Origin: the human T2T-CHM13v2.0 reference genome, Homo sapiens
Length of the DNA: 64,000 nucleotides
NCBI RefSeq assembly: GCF_009914755.1
Contig: NC_060936.1
Strand: one strand, 5' to 3'
Below are positions 20,447-43,570 of this stretch, one piece after another (positions within the stretch are counted from its first letter, which is position 1; the number at the start of each line of letters is the position of its first letter). The translations under genes and the position numbers were made by a program. The notes beneath the pieces were generated by a model. That model did no database searches. It was not told where the DNA came from and worked only from the letters and a program-made list of their open reading frames with translations.

Positions 20447-22189
20447 GCACACCAGCACATAATTAGAGCTACAGGCTTGCTTAATACACATTTGTTCTTT
20501 TTTCCTTCCCCAAACATAACTTACTTCTTGTTCCCGGGGCCAATAATGGATAGCTACTATTTATCAAGCACCTCTTTTTTTTTCTTTTTTCTTAGACAGA
20601 ATCTCACTCCGTCACCCAAGCTGGAGTTCAGTGGCACAATCACGGCTTACTGCAGCTTCCACCTCTCCAGGCTCAAGTGATCATCCCACCTCAGCCCTTC
20701 CAGTAGCTGGGACCACAAGAATGTACCACCATGCCTGGCTGTTTTTTTGTTTTTTTGGTTTTTTTTTTTTGTAGAGATGGGGTCTCCCTATGCTACCCAA
20801 GCTGATCTCAAATTCCTGTACTCAAGCAATCATCCTGCCCCGACCTCCCAAAGTGCTGGGATTACAGGTGTGAGCAACTGCGCCCAGCCCAGAAACTTCT
20901 ATATAAAGAAAATAACTGGCCAGACCCAATGGCTCATGCCTGTAATCCCAACACTTTGGGAGGCCAAGATTGGTGGATCACTTGAGGTCAGAAATTTGAG
21001 ACCAGACTGGCCAATGTGGTAAAACCCCATCTCTACTAAAAATACAAATTAGCCTGGCGAGGTGGCAGGTGCCTGTAATCCCAGCTACTCAGGAGGGTAA
21101 AGCAGGAGAATCACTCGAACCTGGGAGGCGGAGGTTGCAGTGAGCTGAGATCTCACTTGCCACTGCACTCCAGCCTGGGTGAGACAGTGAGACTCGGTAA
21201 AAAAAAAAAAGAATAATTATCATTGGCTGAGTGCTTTCTAGGTTTCTAGGTGCAAGCCTTCAATAGCCCCTGAAGTAGGCACTATTATTAGCATCCACCC
21301 CTATGGAAAGGAGCCACTCTCACGCTGGCTCAGAGGCAAATATCCCAGATATTCCCTGTTTCCCAAAGATGTGTCCCCACAACTGGAATGAGCAACACTT
21401 TCAAGTGGCAAAAAAAGTCACTTATTTGTTAAATTATATATTTTACTATATGTTAGAAAAACTATAGCTAGCCCATCCAACCAAGTATTTTATAGATGAT
21501 ACCACTTGGAGTGAGACCAAAGGAAATATTTAAGAAGAAAAAATGAGCCAGTAAAGGAAATATTAAGTAAACAGTAGTACAGGTTGTACATGGGTATAGC
21601 TTTAGAACAAATCTTGAAATTTGGGAAACACTGCATCATTTGACATAATTCTTAAGCAAGCCTCTGAAGTAGGCATTATTGTTAGCAACCCCATTTTACC
21701 AGCAGAGAAATTCAAGCTTAGAGAAATTAAGTCACATACTAGTAAACAGTGGAGCCAGGACATCAGTTGGTTCTTTCATTCTAAAGCCCATTTTGATAAC
21801 CACCAAACTGTATTGACTTATGTTTATCCCAGCACCTAGCACATAATATTTATAAATATTTGTGGACTAAATGATGAAATCTAACTCCATGTGCATTTGA
21901 TTACAATTTAATTACTTCTTTCCAGCCTACCAACAATCAACTTTGCAGGCTCTCAATAGAAGTGTACTGAATTTACAAATGAATTGCCTTCTGATTCTAC
22001 ACACACCATTTATTATACCTTCTCATGGTGCAGGTATTCCAGAAGCAGTGGTTCACAACCTTGCATTCACACTGAGATCACCTGGGAAGCTTTAAAATAA
22101 CATTGATACCTGGGCCCCATCCTTGGAGATCCTCATTTCACTGTTCCAGGATCAAGCCTAGGAATTGGAAGTTGATCAAGCTCCCCAAG

Positions 22190-22544
22190 TGATATGGTTT
22201 GGCTGTGGCCCCACCCAAATCTCATCTTGAATTCCCACGTGTTGTGGGAGGGACCTGGTGGGAGGTAATTGAATCATGGTGGCAGGTCTTTCCTGTGGTG
22301 TTCTCATGATAGAGAATAAGTCTTATGAGATCTGATGGTTTTATAAGGGGGAGATTCTCTGCACAAGCCCTCTTCTCTTGTCTGCCACCATCCACATAAG
22401 ATGTGAGTTGCTCCTCCTTGCCCTCTGCCATGATTGTGAGGCTTCCCCAGCCATGTGGAACTGCAAGTCCATTAAACCTCTTCCTTTTGTAAATGCCCAG
22501 TCTCAGGTATGTCCTTATCAGCAGTGTGAAAACAGACTAATACA
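22190..22544 (+). mobile_element. Solo THE1 (MaLR) LTR inserted in a MER5A-like element
   Basis: TGATATGGTTTGGCTGTG...CTAATACA termini with 5-bp TSD CCAAG (22185-22189, 22545-22549). Confidence 0.9.
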
Positions 22545-23255
22545 CCAAGTGACCCCAATGTGCAGCCAATGTCATGAACCACTTGCCTAGAAAGGGCAAA
22601 TATACTACTAACCAAATGTCAAAGTGTATTTTTCATTGTAAGTTAATAAACTGACAATGTGGCTTTATTATCAATCTTTGTTAACAAGAGTCCGTCCCTA
22701 TGGAGAGGACCCACTCTCACACTGGCTCAGATGCAAAGTGGATACCTCAGAATGGGCCTTCCAGTCCTTGCTCTGTGATCTACTATGGTGAAACCAAAGA
22801 GGGTGATGGCTAAGTAATTTAACAGAAGGAGACTGGGGAGTATGGGTTATACTCGGCTTAAGTAAGGACTGAATTCTAAAATAAGTGTTTCGTGTTTTCA
22901 TATTTGGAGCCTTAAGTGAAGATGGGTATACAAAAGGAAGAGATTCCCAAGCACTATACACAAGCAAAGGACATACAACTTGATTTCCTCTCCACTTTCT
23001 TCTGTCCTTTTCTCTTCTTTCCCCTCACTTTCTCTCATTCCAATGGTGTTCCATTTGAGGTTTTAAACTGAAATGGAGGCCGGGCATGGTGGCTCATGCC
23101 TGTAATCCTGGCACTTTGGGAGGCCAAGGCATAAGGATCACCTGAAGTTGGTCAGGAGTTCAAGATCAACCTGGCCAACATGGTGAAACACCATCTCTAC
23201 TAAAAATACAAAAAAATCGGCCAGGCAGAGTGGCACATGCCTATAATCCCAGCTA

Positions 23256-23363
<108 letters not shown>

Positions 23364-24062
23364 TCAAAAAATAAAATTAAAAAATTAAAAAATTAACTGA
23401 AATGGAAATCAAATTCTAGACACTTGATCTTTCTAGCCTAGCAACAGTCAACTTTGTAGGCTCTCAATAAAAGTTTATTGAATTCACATATGAACAAACT
23501 TCTGATTCTGCACACATCATTTAACCTCTGAGCCTAAATTTTTGCCTAGCTATAGGGAGATTTAAAAGCTAAGAGATGTGAAATGCTTTGTAAAATCTAA
23601 AGCCAGCAACTCACAAACTGGGAGAAAAATGTGTAAATCAAATATCTAATGAGAAACTAGCATCCATTATGTACAAAGAATTCCTACAGTCTGACAATAA
23701 AAAACAAATAGCCCAATTTAAAAACGAGCAAAAGATTTGAACAGACAATTCTCCAAAAAATATATGCCAATAGCCAAAAAGCACGTGAAAAGATGCCCAA
23801 CAACATTAGTCATTAGGGAAATGCAAATCAAAATCACAATAACACTTCATGTCCCCTGGGATAGTTATAAATAAACAGAAAGACAATAACAAGTATTGGT
23901 GAGGGTGTAAGAAAATGGATCCCTCCTAAACTGCTGGTGGGAATGTAAAATGATTCAGCCACTTTGGAATACAGTTTGGCAGTTCCTCAAAAAGTTAAAC
24001 AGAGCAACAGTATGACCTAACATCTTCCTCCCTAGGCATATAACCAAAAGAAATAAAAACAT

Positions 24063-24418
<356 letters not shown>

Positions 24419-24997
24419 TCACAATAGCCACAAAGTGGAAACTACCCAAATATCTGTCAACTGATGACTGGATAAACAAAAGATGGTATCACCATGCAAT
24501 GGAATATTATTTGACCATAAAAAGGAGTGAACCACTTAAACATGCTAAGATGTGGATGAGCCTCAAAAACATTATGCTCAGTGAAAGAGTGCAGGTGCAA
24601 AAGGCCACATATTGTAAGATTCCATTTACATGAAATATGTAAGAGTATGTAAATCCATAGAGACGAAAGGTAGATTAGTGGGCTATGGAGATGGGGAAAT
24701 AGGAAGTGATTTACTAGTGGGTACTGGGTACAGAGTTTCCTTCTTTCTTTTTTCTTGTATAGTCAGCGTATTTTATTTTAGTTACTTCAATAGGTGGTGT
24801 AGTGGATCCACTGTGGTTTTTGTTTTCAGATTTTATTTTTTTAGAGAAGTTTTAGGTTCACAGCAAAATTGAGAGGAAGGTACGAAGATGTCCCTTACAT
24901 CCCCCGTCCCCACACATACATACCCTGCCCCATTATCACTATCCTCCACCAGGGTGGTACATTTGTTACAACTGATTAATTGAATGAAACATTATTA

Positions 24998-25249
<252 letters not shown>

Positions 25250-25255
25250 CTATCA

Positions 25256-25468
25256 AAAAAGAAAGGAAAGAGAGGGAAAGAACGAAGGAAGGAAAGAAGG
25301 AAGGAAGGAAGGAAGGAAGGAAGGAAGGAAGGAAGGAAAGAGAGAGGAAAGAGGAAGGAAGGAACGAAGGAAGGAAGGAAAAGAGAGAAGGAGAGAGGGA
25401 GAGGGAGAAAGAGAAAGACAGAGAGAAAAAAGAGAGAAAGGGAAAGAAGGGAGAGAAAGAGGAAGAAA
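25256..25468 (+). repeat. GA-rich/(GGAA)n polypurine tract derived from an Alu tail
   Basis: Directly visible after the Alu 3' end. Confidence 0.9.
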
Positions 25469-25859
25469 CATTATTATCACTCAAAATCCATGGTTTACAT
25501 TCTTGGTATTATACATTCTGTGGGTTTGAACAGGTGTATAATGATATGTATCCACCAATATAGTATCATACAAAGTCTTTTCACTGCCCTAAAAATCCTC
25601 TGTGCTTTGCCTATTTATTCATTCTTTCGTTTCTCCAATCCCTGGCAACCACTGATATTTTTACTGTCTCCATAGTTTTACCTTTTCCAGAATGTCATAT
25701 AGTTGGAATCAGTATGTAGTCTTTTCAGATTGGTGTCTTTCACTTAGGAATACGCATTTAAGTTTCCTCTGTGTTTTTTACATGACATGATACCTCGTTT
25801 CTTTTTAACAATGAATAATATTCCTTTGTCTGGATATACCATAATTTATTTATTCATGA

Positions 25860-26221
<362 letters not shown>

Positions 26222-26628
26222 TAGCCAGGATGGTCTCGATCTCCTGACCTCGTGATCAGCCCGCCTCAGCCTCCCAAAGTGCTGGGATTACAGGCGTGAG
26301 CCACCGCGCCCGGCACCATTTTTTAATAAGAAAACACATAACTGTCTTCCAAAGTGGCTGTACCATTTTGCATTCCCACGAGCAATGAATGAAAGTTCCT
26401 GTTGCTCCACATCCTTGTCAGCACTTGATATTGTCAGTGTTCTGAATTTTGACCATCCTAATAGGTGTGTACAGAGTTTCTTTTTGGGGTGACAAAAATG
26501 TTCTGGAATTAGATAGTAGTGATGATTACACAACTTTGTAAATATACTAAAACTCACTGAATTGTACACTTTTCGAGAGTAAAATTTGTGGTATGTGAAT
26601 TATACCTCAATTTTGAAAATATTTTTAG

Positions 26629-26823
<195 letters not shown>

Positions 26824-26968
26824 TGAACTCCTGGCCTCAAGCAATCCTCCCAGCTCAGCCTCCCAGAACATTGGGATTACAGGCATGAGCCACTGTGCCT
26901 GGCCTCAATTTTTTTAATGTAAAAAAATTTCTAAAGCCAGTATATAAATGTGAAACATCATTTTAACT

Positions 26969-27162
26969 CAGGGTTTCTCAGTCCCAGGATTGTTGATATT
27001 TGGGGCTAGATAATTCTTTGTTGTCGAGGCTCTGCCCTGTGCATTGTAGTATCCCTGGCCTCCGCCCACTAGCACACACACCCCAGCCATGGCAACCGAA
27101 GATGTCTGTAAACATTGTCAAATATCTCTTGGAGGACAAAATCACCCTGGATTGAAAAGCAC
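26969..27162. mobile_element. MER20 hAT DNA transposon
   Basis: cagggtttctcag...gatatttggggctagataattctttgttg...gacaaaatcaccctggattgaaaagca. Confidence 0.65.
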
Positions 27163-28324
27163 CTGCTATAACTGTATGATGTGAACATTCTCAATGAATT
27201 CATTAAATATACTTTAATTAAGCCAGCAGAGCTCACAAAACAACCAAAATACATTGCCCAGTTTTTAAATATTATGACAATTTTAACTGATTATTAGAAC
27301 TTTCATTCTGATCCCATCACTTTCCCAGTGTTTTCTCCAAGTTTGAACAAATGATTTCCGATGGTTTTTCCCTCTTTGACCTGAGACAAAGCTTTTAACG
27401 AGAAAAGCTAAATTTTCAAAACTCAATTAAATGGTAATTAGCCTCCCTGCCATTTGATTTAGGCAATTTTTCTACGGTGTTTTGGTATGTTCATTAATTG
27501 TGTTTCTTCAAATGTTATAAGATATAAAAACATACCTCTAATCCTTCAGCCCACTGACTTCAGGAGTGTTTTGTAATTCCCAATCCATTTATAATGCAGG
27601 AAACTCAGGCACCTGATTCATACCAACTATTCTCTAAGGACAGCTTTAAAAAAATGTCATCAAATTCATACAGTGATCCGGGTCCCCACTCTGTATACTT
27701 AACATAATTGTTACTGATGTCTAATCTACTAGAAAGAGACTAGATGAATGTCAATCTCTCAAAATTGATGCAAAGCATATACTTATTGGAAACTGTGTCT
27801 CATGCCTTGGCTAAGCTCCAATAAGTCAAATATCTTGTCCTAGGAATATGATTAAACATGCCCTACATTGGATGGGCACGGTGCCTCACATCTGTAATCT
27901 CAGCACTTTGGAAGGCAAGGTGGGCAGATCACTCGAGGCAAGGAGCTTCAGACCAGCCTGGGCAACATGGCGAAACCCCATCTCTACAAAAAAAACACAA
28001 AATTTAGCCAGACGTGGTGGTGTGTGCCTGTAGTCCCAGCTGCTTGTGGGGCTGAGGTGAGGGTATTGCTTGAGCCCCAGAGGTGGAGGCTGCAGTGAGC
28101 TGCACTCCAGCCTGGGTGACAAAGCAAGACTTTGTCTAAAAAAAAATTTTTTTTAATTATATACATATATATGCCCTATATCTTTCATCTGGGCTTGTCT
28201 TAGGCCTGCATATAATAATAACTTTTTAATAAAATTGACTCTCAGTCAGGCATGGTAGCTCATGCTTATAATCCCAGCACTTTAGGAGGCCAGGACGGGT
28301 GGATCGCTTGAGGTGAGGAGTTCA

Positions 28325-28528
<204 letters not shown>

Positions 28529-28685
28529 TCATCTCAAAAATAAATAAATTAATTAATTAATATAATTGACTCCTAACCTTTCCTGTCAATCTAATATTTA
28601 TTTTTTAAGTCCCTCTCCTATGCCCACGCACTCGAGCTGCACGAGAGAATCCTTTTTTTCTTTTCTTTTCTTTTTTTTTTTTTAA

Positions 28686-28883
<198 letters not shown>

Positions 28884-29723
28884 TAAATTTGTATTCTCTG
28901 AATTAATGTGTGACTAAATGAATCAATGCACCTATAAGTCAATAAAGTGCTAGATATAAAGGTCAGGTGTAAAAGACACCCTGCTTTAAGTTTTCATATA
29001 AGAATGTTGTGACTGTTGATGGGTTTGAATCGGAACATGGAATAAATATCTAGAAGCAGTCATCCTGGGGAAGAACAAAAAAACACAGGAAGACATCAGT
29101 AAAAGCCCTTCAAGAGATGAGCAGAAGCCAGGCACGGTGGCTCACACCTGTAATCCCAGCACTTTGGGAAGCCAAGGTGGGCGGATCACTTGAGACCAGC
29201 CCGGCCAACATGGTGAAACCCTGTCTCCACTAAAAATACAAAAATTAGCTGGGCATGTTGGTGGGCACTTGTAATCCGAGCTACTCAGGAGGCTGAGGCA
29301 GGAGAATCGCTTGAATCTGCGAGGCAGAGGTTGCCCTGAGCCAAGATCACCCCACTACACTCCAGCCTGGGCAACAGAGTGAGACTCCGTCCCCAAAAAA
29401 AAGAAGAAAAAAAAAAGAGAGAGATGAATAGAAAATACAGGGATTAAAGTAACTGGACTATTTATTTAGTAGGAAGAATAGGAAGACTTTGTAAGACTTC
29501 AATCATTCATTTCTCCATTCACTCACTCAACAAACATTTATTGGATGCCTACTATTTGCTGACACTGTTTTTTGGCGTTGGAAAGACAGCAGGAGATAAA
29601 CTGTACAAACATCTCTGGCCTGTGGAGCTCATGTTCCAGTGGGTGGAGACAGACAGCAAGCAAGATTAAGAAGTAAAATAGCCTGTGATTTCAGTATTTT
29701 GGGAGGTCGAGGCAGGTGGATCA

Positions 29724-29978
<255 letters not shown>

Positions 29979-30191
29979 TTATGGGGGGAAAAGTGAACCA
30001 GGAGAAAGGCTCCTGGAGTACAGGGGAGGGTTGCAATCTTAAACAAAGTGGTCAGGAGCAGCTTGATGGAGTAAAGACCCCAAATGTGGGAAAAAGCCAT
30101 GCAGGTAACTGGGGTAGAGTGGGATCAGCAAGGACAAAGGTCACGAGGTGGGAAGGAGGCTGATGTACTCAAGAAACAGTAAGGAGGTGGG

Positions 30192-32030
<1,839 letters not shown>

Positions 32031-32064
32031 AAGGTTGAAGAAAAGTTAGTGCAGGCAAGAATAG

Positions 32065-32321
<257 letters not shown>

Positions 32322-32719
32322 TGATCCGCCCACCTCAGCCTCCCAAAGTGCTGGGATTATAGGCATGAGCCACCGTGCCCAGCCTTAAAGACATTCCTTT
32401 TTAATGACTAAACGCTTATCCATTACAAAGAATTATGTTTGCAGTTTCATTCTTTAAGACTAACTGGATTGGCCTTTTCCATGATAAATAATATTGGGTT
32501 GCACTTTTCTACTCCTTTTGCTTTTAGACTGCTTTTGTAATGTTTTCTCTATTTTTCAACTTCTAATAAAGTGAAAACACTTGGAGAGGCTGACTGCAAG
32601 ATGCATTAGTTCAGCTTTCCGTGTGAGAAAGATCTACAGAACCCAAAGATTTCTATTTGGGGCATGTATATATTGGCAAAAACACTGTCCAGCCTTGCAT
32701 AGCTCTTTGCTTAAATTAA

Positions 32720-32836
<117 letters not shown>

Positions 32837-33013
32837 TGAGTAGCTGGGACCACAGGCGCGCACCACCATGCCCGGCTAATTTTTGCATTTTACTAGAGAG
32901 GGCCACCATGTTGGCCAGGCTGGTCTCAAACTTCTGACCTCAGGTGATCTGCTGATCTGGGCCTCCCAAAATTCTGGAATTAGAAGTGTGAGCCACTGCA
33001 CCGGGCCCATCTT

Positions 33014-33045
<32 letters not shown>

Positions 33046-33194
33046 GAGACGGAGTTTCACTCTTGTTGCCCAGGCTGGAGTGTAATGGCGAGATCTCGGC
33101 TCACTATAACCTCCACCTCTGGGTTCAAGTGATTCTCCTGCCTCAGCCTCCCAAGTAGCTGGGATTATAGGCGCCTGCCACCACACCTGGCTAA

Positions 33195-34810
<1,616 letters not shown>

Positions 34811-35057
34811 TAGTTCTTCGAAGCTGTCACATCAGCTCTTTACTTCCCACATATTACGTAAAGGGAGAATGCCAGCATATGCCCTCCATAGCCTTAATTC
34901 TGAACTCCTGACTTCCATTTCCTGGTCCACCCCGGGAGAACTGGACAGAAACTGAAGGAGTCATGATGTTCTCCAAAATGAAGCACAAGGAAATAGGTTT
35001 AAGCCAGCTGATTCCCAAGCTAGGCTAGGAGACTTTACAGATGATCAAATTTCCAAA

Positions 35058-35076
35058 TGTATGTGTGTGTGTGTGT

Positions 35077-35108
<32 letters not shown>
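35058..35108 (+). repeat. (TG)n microsatellite
   Basis: Directly visible, with one TCTC interruption. Confidence 0.9.
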
Positions 35109-35111
<3 letters not shown>

Positions 35112-35502
35112 ACTGACATAGGATTTCAACAACTTATTTTGCAAAATAAGAATATTTTTTAAAATGTTTAATGTTATTTTATAATATTTTTGTTTTATAA
35201 TATTTTATTCTGCTTTATTTAAAGACAGAGCCTCGCTATATTGTCCAGGCTGGAGTATGGTGGCTATCCACAGGAATGATCACAGCTCACTGCAGCCTTG
35301 AACCCCTGGGCAATCCTCCTGCCTCAGCCTCCCTAGTAGCTGGGACTACAGATGCATGTCACAGCACCTGGTTCTATTATTTTATTTTATTTAAAAATAA
35401 TATGTATTTTAATATTTCTAAATGTTCAAATAATTTTAAAAGAGCATCTGTTATCATGACTTCATAAAAGCAATGAAATTAAAATGACAGAAAAACTGAG
35501 AC

Positions 35503-36094
35503 TATATTATTCAGGATTCTCCAGAGATGCAGAGATGCAGAACTAATCAAAGATATATACATGCATACATACACATCTATTATACATACACACCCATATA
35601 TACACACATACATATGCACACACACACATACATATCCATATACTTACACACATATATACACACATACACACATATATAATACACATATGTATACACACAT
35701 GCACACACGCATACACATAACCACATATATACACACATACACATATGCACACATATATGCCCATATATAATACACACATATACACACATACACACATATA
35801 CAGAAACACATATACACACGTATACACATGAATACACATATACATATGTATATACATACACACGTGTATACACACATATTTATACATACATATATACACA
35901 AATATACACACATATATATGCTTACACGATATATACATACATATATACACATACATATATATACATACCAACATCTGTACATATATATACATACACACAT
36001 ATACACACATATATACATACACACACATATATACACACACACAATATACATACACACCTAGATACACACACACCTATATACACACACACACACA
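35503..36094. repeat. About 540-bp (TA/CA)n low-complexity tract preceded by an MLT2-like terminus
   Basis: tatattattcaggattctccagaga...cagaactaatc followed by a long alternating purine-pyrimidine tract. Confidence 0.85.
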
Positions 36095-36494
36095 TCTCTG
36101 AAGCTGGCAGACCTGGGTTTAACTTCTAGCTATGCCCCTTATTACCTGTGTGTAGGCAAATTATGTAACCTCTTTTTTGTCTCCATTTCGTCATCTATAA
36201 AATAAGATCACAACACCTACCTCCCTGGGCTGTTGTAAGAAATATGTTACATAATTTGCCTCCGACCTGGGTTTCTTCCAGGGGTCTTTATCTTAGAAAA
36301 TGTCCATCTGGAAGTATACAAACCTGAAGCTAGGCAATGAAGCTGTAAAAGTTTTTCTGGGGAAGTGCTCTCTGAGCTGATATCAGAAGGAAAGGTGGGA
36401 GTTAACCAGGGAAAGAGTGGGAGAAAATATTCCAGGCAGAGGGAACAGCACATTCAAAGACCCAGCAGTGAAAAGGAGCCCTGACAGGAAGATG

Positions 36495-37058
<564 letters not shown>

Positions 37059-37177
37059 TGGAGGAGGAAGGGCAAGAGAGCCTTGAGTATCAAATTGAAA
37101 GAAAGCAGTGTCCCTAAAGCTCTGAACACAGTGAGGGATGAAGATGAGGGCTTAGTTGAATACTTTGGTTTTGAAAT

Positions 37178-38570
<1,393 letters not shown>

Positions 38571-39410
38571 CAAAAAAATGCATTTTATAATCAAGGCCTG
38601 GCATACAGAGAGCATTGAATAAATATTGGCTACTAGTATCATTACCAATGTCAAAATCATTACTATCTAAGATATCTTGTTTGTCTTTTCACCTTAACTC
38701 CATGCAACTAGACTTGAGCAAAATTTTAGGGATTAGTCATCCGCTTTTTCATTTATTTACTTATTTTTGGGCAATATGTACATTTACATAGTTCAAACTC
38801 AAAAGGCACATCCAAAGAGAATATCTCCCTCCAGACTACCATTTCCTCTTCATGGAGGTATCAATGAACGACTTTTATGTGATTCCTCCCAGAATTACAT
38901 TCCATAGAAAAACCACATATTTGACCAGGCGCAGTGTCTCATGCCTGTAATCCCAGCACTTTGAGAGGCCGAGGAGGGAGGACTGCTTGAGTCTAGGAGT
39001 TTGAGACCAGCCTGGGCAATATACCAAGACCTCATCTCTACTAAAAATAAAAAAAATTACCAGACGTATTGGTTTTCGCCTATAATCCCAGCTACTCAGG
39101 AGGCTGAGTCAGGAGAATCGCTTGAACCTAGGAGGCAGAAGTTTCAGTGAGCCGAGATTGCACCATTGCACCCCAGCCTGAGTGACAAGAGCAAAACTCT
39201 GTCTCAAAAAAAAAAAAAAAATAACATAATGAAATCCTGTCTCTACTAAAAATACAAAAATTAGCCAGGCATGGTGGCGTGTGCCTGTAGACCCAGCTAC
39301 TCAGCAGGCTGAGGTGGAGGAGGATCACTTGAGCCAAGAGTTGGAGTCTGCAGTGAGCTGTGATCATGCCATTGCACTTCAACCTGGGCGACAGAGTGAG
39401 ACCCTGACTA

Positions 39411-39441
<31 letters not shown>

Positions 39442-39943
39442 TGGCAACTCTATTACTACATAAAGAGCTTCTAGCTTTCTTCCTGCTTTATTTCCTTCTT
39501 TTTTTGGGGGGGGCGGGGGGGTCAGAGTCTCTCTCTGTCACCCAGGCTGGAGTGCAGAGGCATGATCATGGCTCACTGCGACTTCCTGAGCTCAGGCAAT
39601 CCACCCACCTTAGCCTCCTGAGTAGCTGGGACTTCAGGCACCTGCCACGACAACCAAATAATTTTTGTGTTTTTTTGTAGAGGCGTGGTCTTGCTATGTT
39701 ACCCAGGCTAGTCTTGAACCCCTGGGCTCAAGCGATCCTCCTGCCTCAGCCTCTGATAGTGCTACAATTTATTTATCTTTTATAGCTGCATAGTATTCCA
39801 TGGAATGGTTGTATCAAACTTTATTTAATCAGCCTAAAAATGATGGGCATTTAGGTTGTCTCTAATGTATCGCTACATCAAACAATGCTGCAAAGAGTGA
39901 CTTTTATGTATGTTTCACACGTGCAAGTTTATCTGTATGATAA

Positions 39944-40633
39944 TTTTTTTTATTATACTTTAAGTTTTAGGGTACATGTGCACAATGTGCAGGTTAGTTA
40001 CATATGTATACATGTGCCATGTTGGTGTGCTGCACCCATTAACTCATCATTTAGCATTAGGTGTATCTCCTAATGCTATCCCTCCCCCCTCCCCCCACCC
40101 CACAACAGGCCCCGGTGTGTGATGTTCCCCTTCCTGTGTCCATGTGTTCTCATTGTTCAATTCCCACCAATGAGTGAGAACATGTGGTGTTTGGTTTTTT
40201 GTCCTTGCAATAGTTTGCTGAGAATGATGGTTTCCAGCTTCATCCATGTCCCTACAAAGGACATGAACTCATCATTCTTTATGGCTGCATAGTATTCCAT
40301 GGTGTATATGTGCCACATTTTCTTAATCCAGTCTATCATTGTTGGACATTTGGGTTGGTTCCAACTCTTTGCTATTGTGAATAGTGCCGCAATAAACATA
40401 CGTGTGCATGTGTCTTTATAGCAGCATGATTTATAATCCTTTGGGTATATACCCAGTAATAGGATGGCTGGGTTGAATGGTATTTAAAAAGTCAGGAAAC
40501 AACAGGTGCTGGAGAGGATGCGGAGAAATAGGAACACTTTTACACTGTTGGTGGGACTGTAAACTAGTTCAACCATTGTGGAAGTCAGTGTGGCGATTCC
40601 TCAGGGATCTAGAACTAGAAATACCATTAGACC
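39944..40633 (-). mobile_element. 5'-truncated L1PA (about L1PA3-6) with 5' inversion
   Basis: L1PA 3'UTR and ORF2 end on minus strand to ~40484, then ORF2 sequence on plus strand (AAAAAGTCAGGAAACAACAGG...CTAGAAATACC). TSD CTGTATGATAA at 39933-39943 and 40634-40644. Confidence 0.9.
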
Positions 40634-41308
40634 CTGTATGATAAATTTTTAAGTGCAATTTCGCTGGGTCAGATGTTCTCTTCAGCATAGTTTGGTAGAT
40701 GAAAATGCCCTCCAGAGGGGCAGTACTAGTTTATAGCCCTACTAGAGTTGTACAAAGCTGCCTTTTATTCATCTTTACTGATGCAGCATGTTATTCAAAT
40801 GTGTTGTCTATGCTATGTGATAGATGAAAAAAATGCTATCTCAGTATAGTTTTAGTTGAGCATCTTTTCATGTATTTAAAAGCCATTTGTATTTCTTTTC
40901 TCTTTGTTTTTGATTGTTTTGATTGTTTGTTTGTTTTTCAAGACAGGGTCTCAGTCTGTCACCCAGGCAGGAATGCAGTGGCACCATCTCAGTTTACTGC
41001 AGCCTCAACTTCCCACGCTCAGGTGATCCTCATGCCTCAGCCTCCCGAGTAGCTTGAACTACCAGCATGCACCATCATGGCCGGCTAAATTTTGTACTTT
41101 TTGTAGAGATGGAGTTTCACCATATTGCCCAGGCTGGTCTCAAACTCCTGGCTCAAGCGATCTGCCCACCTTGGTGTATTTTGATTATAGGCTTTTACAT
41201 CCAACTGCAAGTTAGCTAATAAAATGTCAGGAGCAGCTTTCTTAGCCAAGAACAAATATCAGAGGGCATAGCTTTATTAATATTTTTTCTTTTTTTTTTT
41301 TTTTTTAG

Positions 41309-41494
<186 letters not shown>

Positions 41495-41819
41495 TGAGAC
41501 GGAGTCTCTCTCTGTCGCCCAGGCTGGAGTGCAGTGGCACGATCTTGGCTCACTGCAAGCTCCGCCTCCCAGGTTCACGCCCATTCTCCTGCCTCAGCCT
41601 CCTGAGTAGCTGGGACTACAGGTGCCGGCCTAATTTTTTGTATTTTTAGTAGAGACAGGGTTTCACCATGTTAGCCAGGATAGTCTCGATCTCCTGACCT
41701 CGTGATCCGCCCGCCTCAGCCTCCCAAAGTGCTGGGATTACAGGCGTGAGCCACCGCGCCGGGCCTGTATTTTTTTTTTCAGTAGAGAAGGAGTTTCACC
41801 ATGTTGGCCAGCTATTTAT

Positions 41820-43325
<1,506 letters not shown>

Positions 43326-43537
43326 TCCTTGTTTAGCAATGTAAATTTTTCCTATGGAATGTAAGCAATTTTCTAGATCACATTCATTCCACACTACCTA
43401 ATGAGCACCTGTACTTCTCTTCCAAATAGCCTTTTTAGAGTCCTGCCCTGGAAATTACTTCCGTTAGTTGCTTCCTTATCTTTAAACCATCTAAAGCACC
43501 ATTGCTTGGTTTAGCATTTTACCTCCTCGAAGCAGAA

Positions 43538-43570
43538 GCGCTATCTAGTGGCCCAATAGAGTAGCTGCAG
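43538..43570 (-). promoter_or_regulatory. Candidate CTCF site (core plus upstream module)
   Basis: Minus strand reads CTGCAG-ctactctattggg-CCACTAGATAGCGC, close to the CCASYAGRKGGCRS core with TGCAG 13 nt upstream. It sits in non-repetitive sequence. Confidence 0.65.

Noticed and set aside
35543-36073. Cys/Val/Tyr and His/Thr-rich ORFs
   Set aside because: Produced by the TA/CA low-complexity tract.
40157-40399. ORF resembling the L1 ORF2p C-terminus
   Set aside because: Fragment of the truncated L1PA, with no promoter, ORF1 or RT domain.
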